From Nonlabens ponticola (GTDB taxonomy: Bacteria > Bacteroidota > Bacteroidia > Flavobacteriales > Flavobacteriaceae): a stretch of 32,000 bases of DNA. Below, in pieces: positions 31,398-32,000 of this stretch; position 1 is the stretch's first letter, and every line of letters begins with the position of its first letter. Location: the NCBI RefSeq assembly GCF_003966335.1, contig NZ_CP034549.1:930001-962000 (forward strand). Direction: 5' to 3'. The notes beneath the pieces are model-generated. The model was not told where the DNA came from, ran no database searches, and saw nothing but the letters and a program-made list of their open reading frames with translations. The translations under genes were made by a program, and so were the position numbers.

Positions 31398-32000
31398 ATG
31401 ATCCATCACAGTAACTATCTTGAGGCTTTTTTACTTCAAATAGTTCTCTTGAAAACAATCCATTTATTTCTGTTTTGTCTCTTTATTTCAGCTTTGGGAT
31501 GGTCGCAAACAGACTCACTGCAACCTATCGTTATTAAGACTGTGAAAACCGTAGATCTTGATGACTCACTAGAAGATTTGCCGTTCTCGCTTTCGCGAAA
31601 GCGGTACCCCAATAAAAATCTCCAACAACAGCTGTCACTGGATGAGTACCTACAAGGCATTCCAGGACTTTTTGTTCTCAATCGCAATAATTATTCTCAA
31701 GATCTGCGCATATCTATGCGTGGCTTTGGTGCGCGGTCGGCCTTTGGGATAAGAGGCATCAAGATTGTCGTTGATGGAATACCGGAAACCACGCCCGATG
31801 GCCAAGGACAAATTGACAATCTTGCACTAGGGATTATAGACGAGATTACCGTGTTGCGTGGCCCATCATCCTTACTGTATGGGAATGCGGCTGGTGGCGT
31901 GATTGATATACGTACCCAACAGGATTTTGAAAATAACTATGTGCAGGCAGGAATTACCACTGGTAGTTTTAACATGACTAATTATGATGTGCAAGCAGGT
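31398..32000 (+). CDS. TonB-dependent receptor, N-terminal part (partial, continues beyond right edge)
   Basis: Absent from the ORF track (no stop in the window). My translation from ATG 31398 is MIHHSNYLEAFLLQIVLLKTIHLFLFCLFISALGWSQ...LDEYLQGIPGLFVLNRNNYSQDLRISMRGFGARSAFGIRGIKIVVDGIPETTPDGQGQIDNL...ITVLRGPSSLLYGNAAGGVIDIRT. This is a classic plug domain. The exact start is uncertain. Confidence 0.85.
   Translation, partial: MIHHSNYLEAFLLQIVLLKTIHLFLFCLFISALGWSQTDSLQPIVIKTVKTVDLDDSLEDLPFSLSRKRYPNKNLQQQLSLDEYLQGIPGLFVLNRNNYSQDLRISMRGFGARSAFGIRGIKIVVDGIPETTPDGQGQIDNLALGIIDEITVLRGPSSLLYGNAAGGVIDIRTQQDFENNYVQAGITTGSFNMTNYDVQAG
31585..31606. repeat. palindromic element copy 7 (TCTCGCTTTCGCGAAAGCGGTA), inside TonB-dependent receptor CDS
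   Basis: It is read in the third frame, TCG CTT TCG CGA AAG CGG = SLSRKR, between the signal peptide and the plug domain. Confidence 0.9.

Noticed and set aside
3089-31606. Interpreting the palindrome as parS or as a CRISPR repeat
   Set aside because: It resembles parS only superficially (TTTC..GAAA half-sites), and the spacing is 2 bp shorter than in TGTTTCACGTGAAACA. Seven copies spread over 32 kb, including inside CDSs, is unlike origin-proximal parS clusters. The copies are kilobases apart with no regular spacing, so this is not a CRISPR array.
31436-31687. Track ORF 31436-31687 (-, 83 aa)
   Set aside because: It is antisense to the N-terminal part of the TonB-dependent receptor, whose plug-domain translation on the plus strand is unambiguous.

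Overview
This is a gene-dense, AT-rich chromosomal segment that looks like a marine Flavobacteriaceae (Bacteroidota) genome. The evidence is Bacteroidota-type -7 promoter boxes (TAnnTTTG) about 17-36 nt upstream of start codons, no obvious Shine-Dalgarno use, a TonB-dependent receptor, TPR/hybrid sensor kinases, and HTTM, DUF4286 and OlsF-like genes. The genus cannot be determined without a database search.

Most of the window is housekeeping:
- the tail of a ligase-associated DNA damage response module (exonuclease plus the 5' part of an ATP-dependent DNA ligase that runs off the left edge)
- L-threonine dehydrogenase-like SDR, fbp, GNAT plus aspartate kinase, and an OlsF-like fused aminolipid acyltransferase
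- mgtE, rsmA/ksgA, serS, ribF, the pth-ctc-prs cluster and tRNA-Leu(CAA)
- a TPR hybrid histidine kinase and a partial TonB-dependent receptor at the right edge

I saw no transposase, integrase, phage gene or CRISPR array.

Two things stand out:
1. A tightly packed four-gene minus-strand operon at 4606-7783. It encodes a small coiled-coil protein, a protein with a Roadblock/LC7 (MglB)-like C-terminal domain, a eukaryote-like Rab/Ras-type small GTPase with non-canonical catalytic residues, and a hybrid histidine kinase/receiver in which the phospho-His, the ATP-binding motifs and the phospho-Asp are all substituted. This resembles the GTPase/Roadblock/HK-like modules known from actinobacterial conservons and MglA/MglB systems, but in a different architecture and phylum.
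2. A short palindromic element with invariant 15-mer CGCTTTCGCGAAAGC occurs seven times in 32 kb. Three copies are intergenic. Four lie inside coding sequences, using all three reading frames (AFAKA, RFRES, LSRKR). One of these supplies the AXA-like motif of a signal peptide.

All calls come from reading the sequence and ORF translations by eye. No searches were run.
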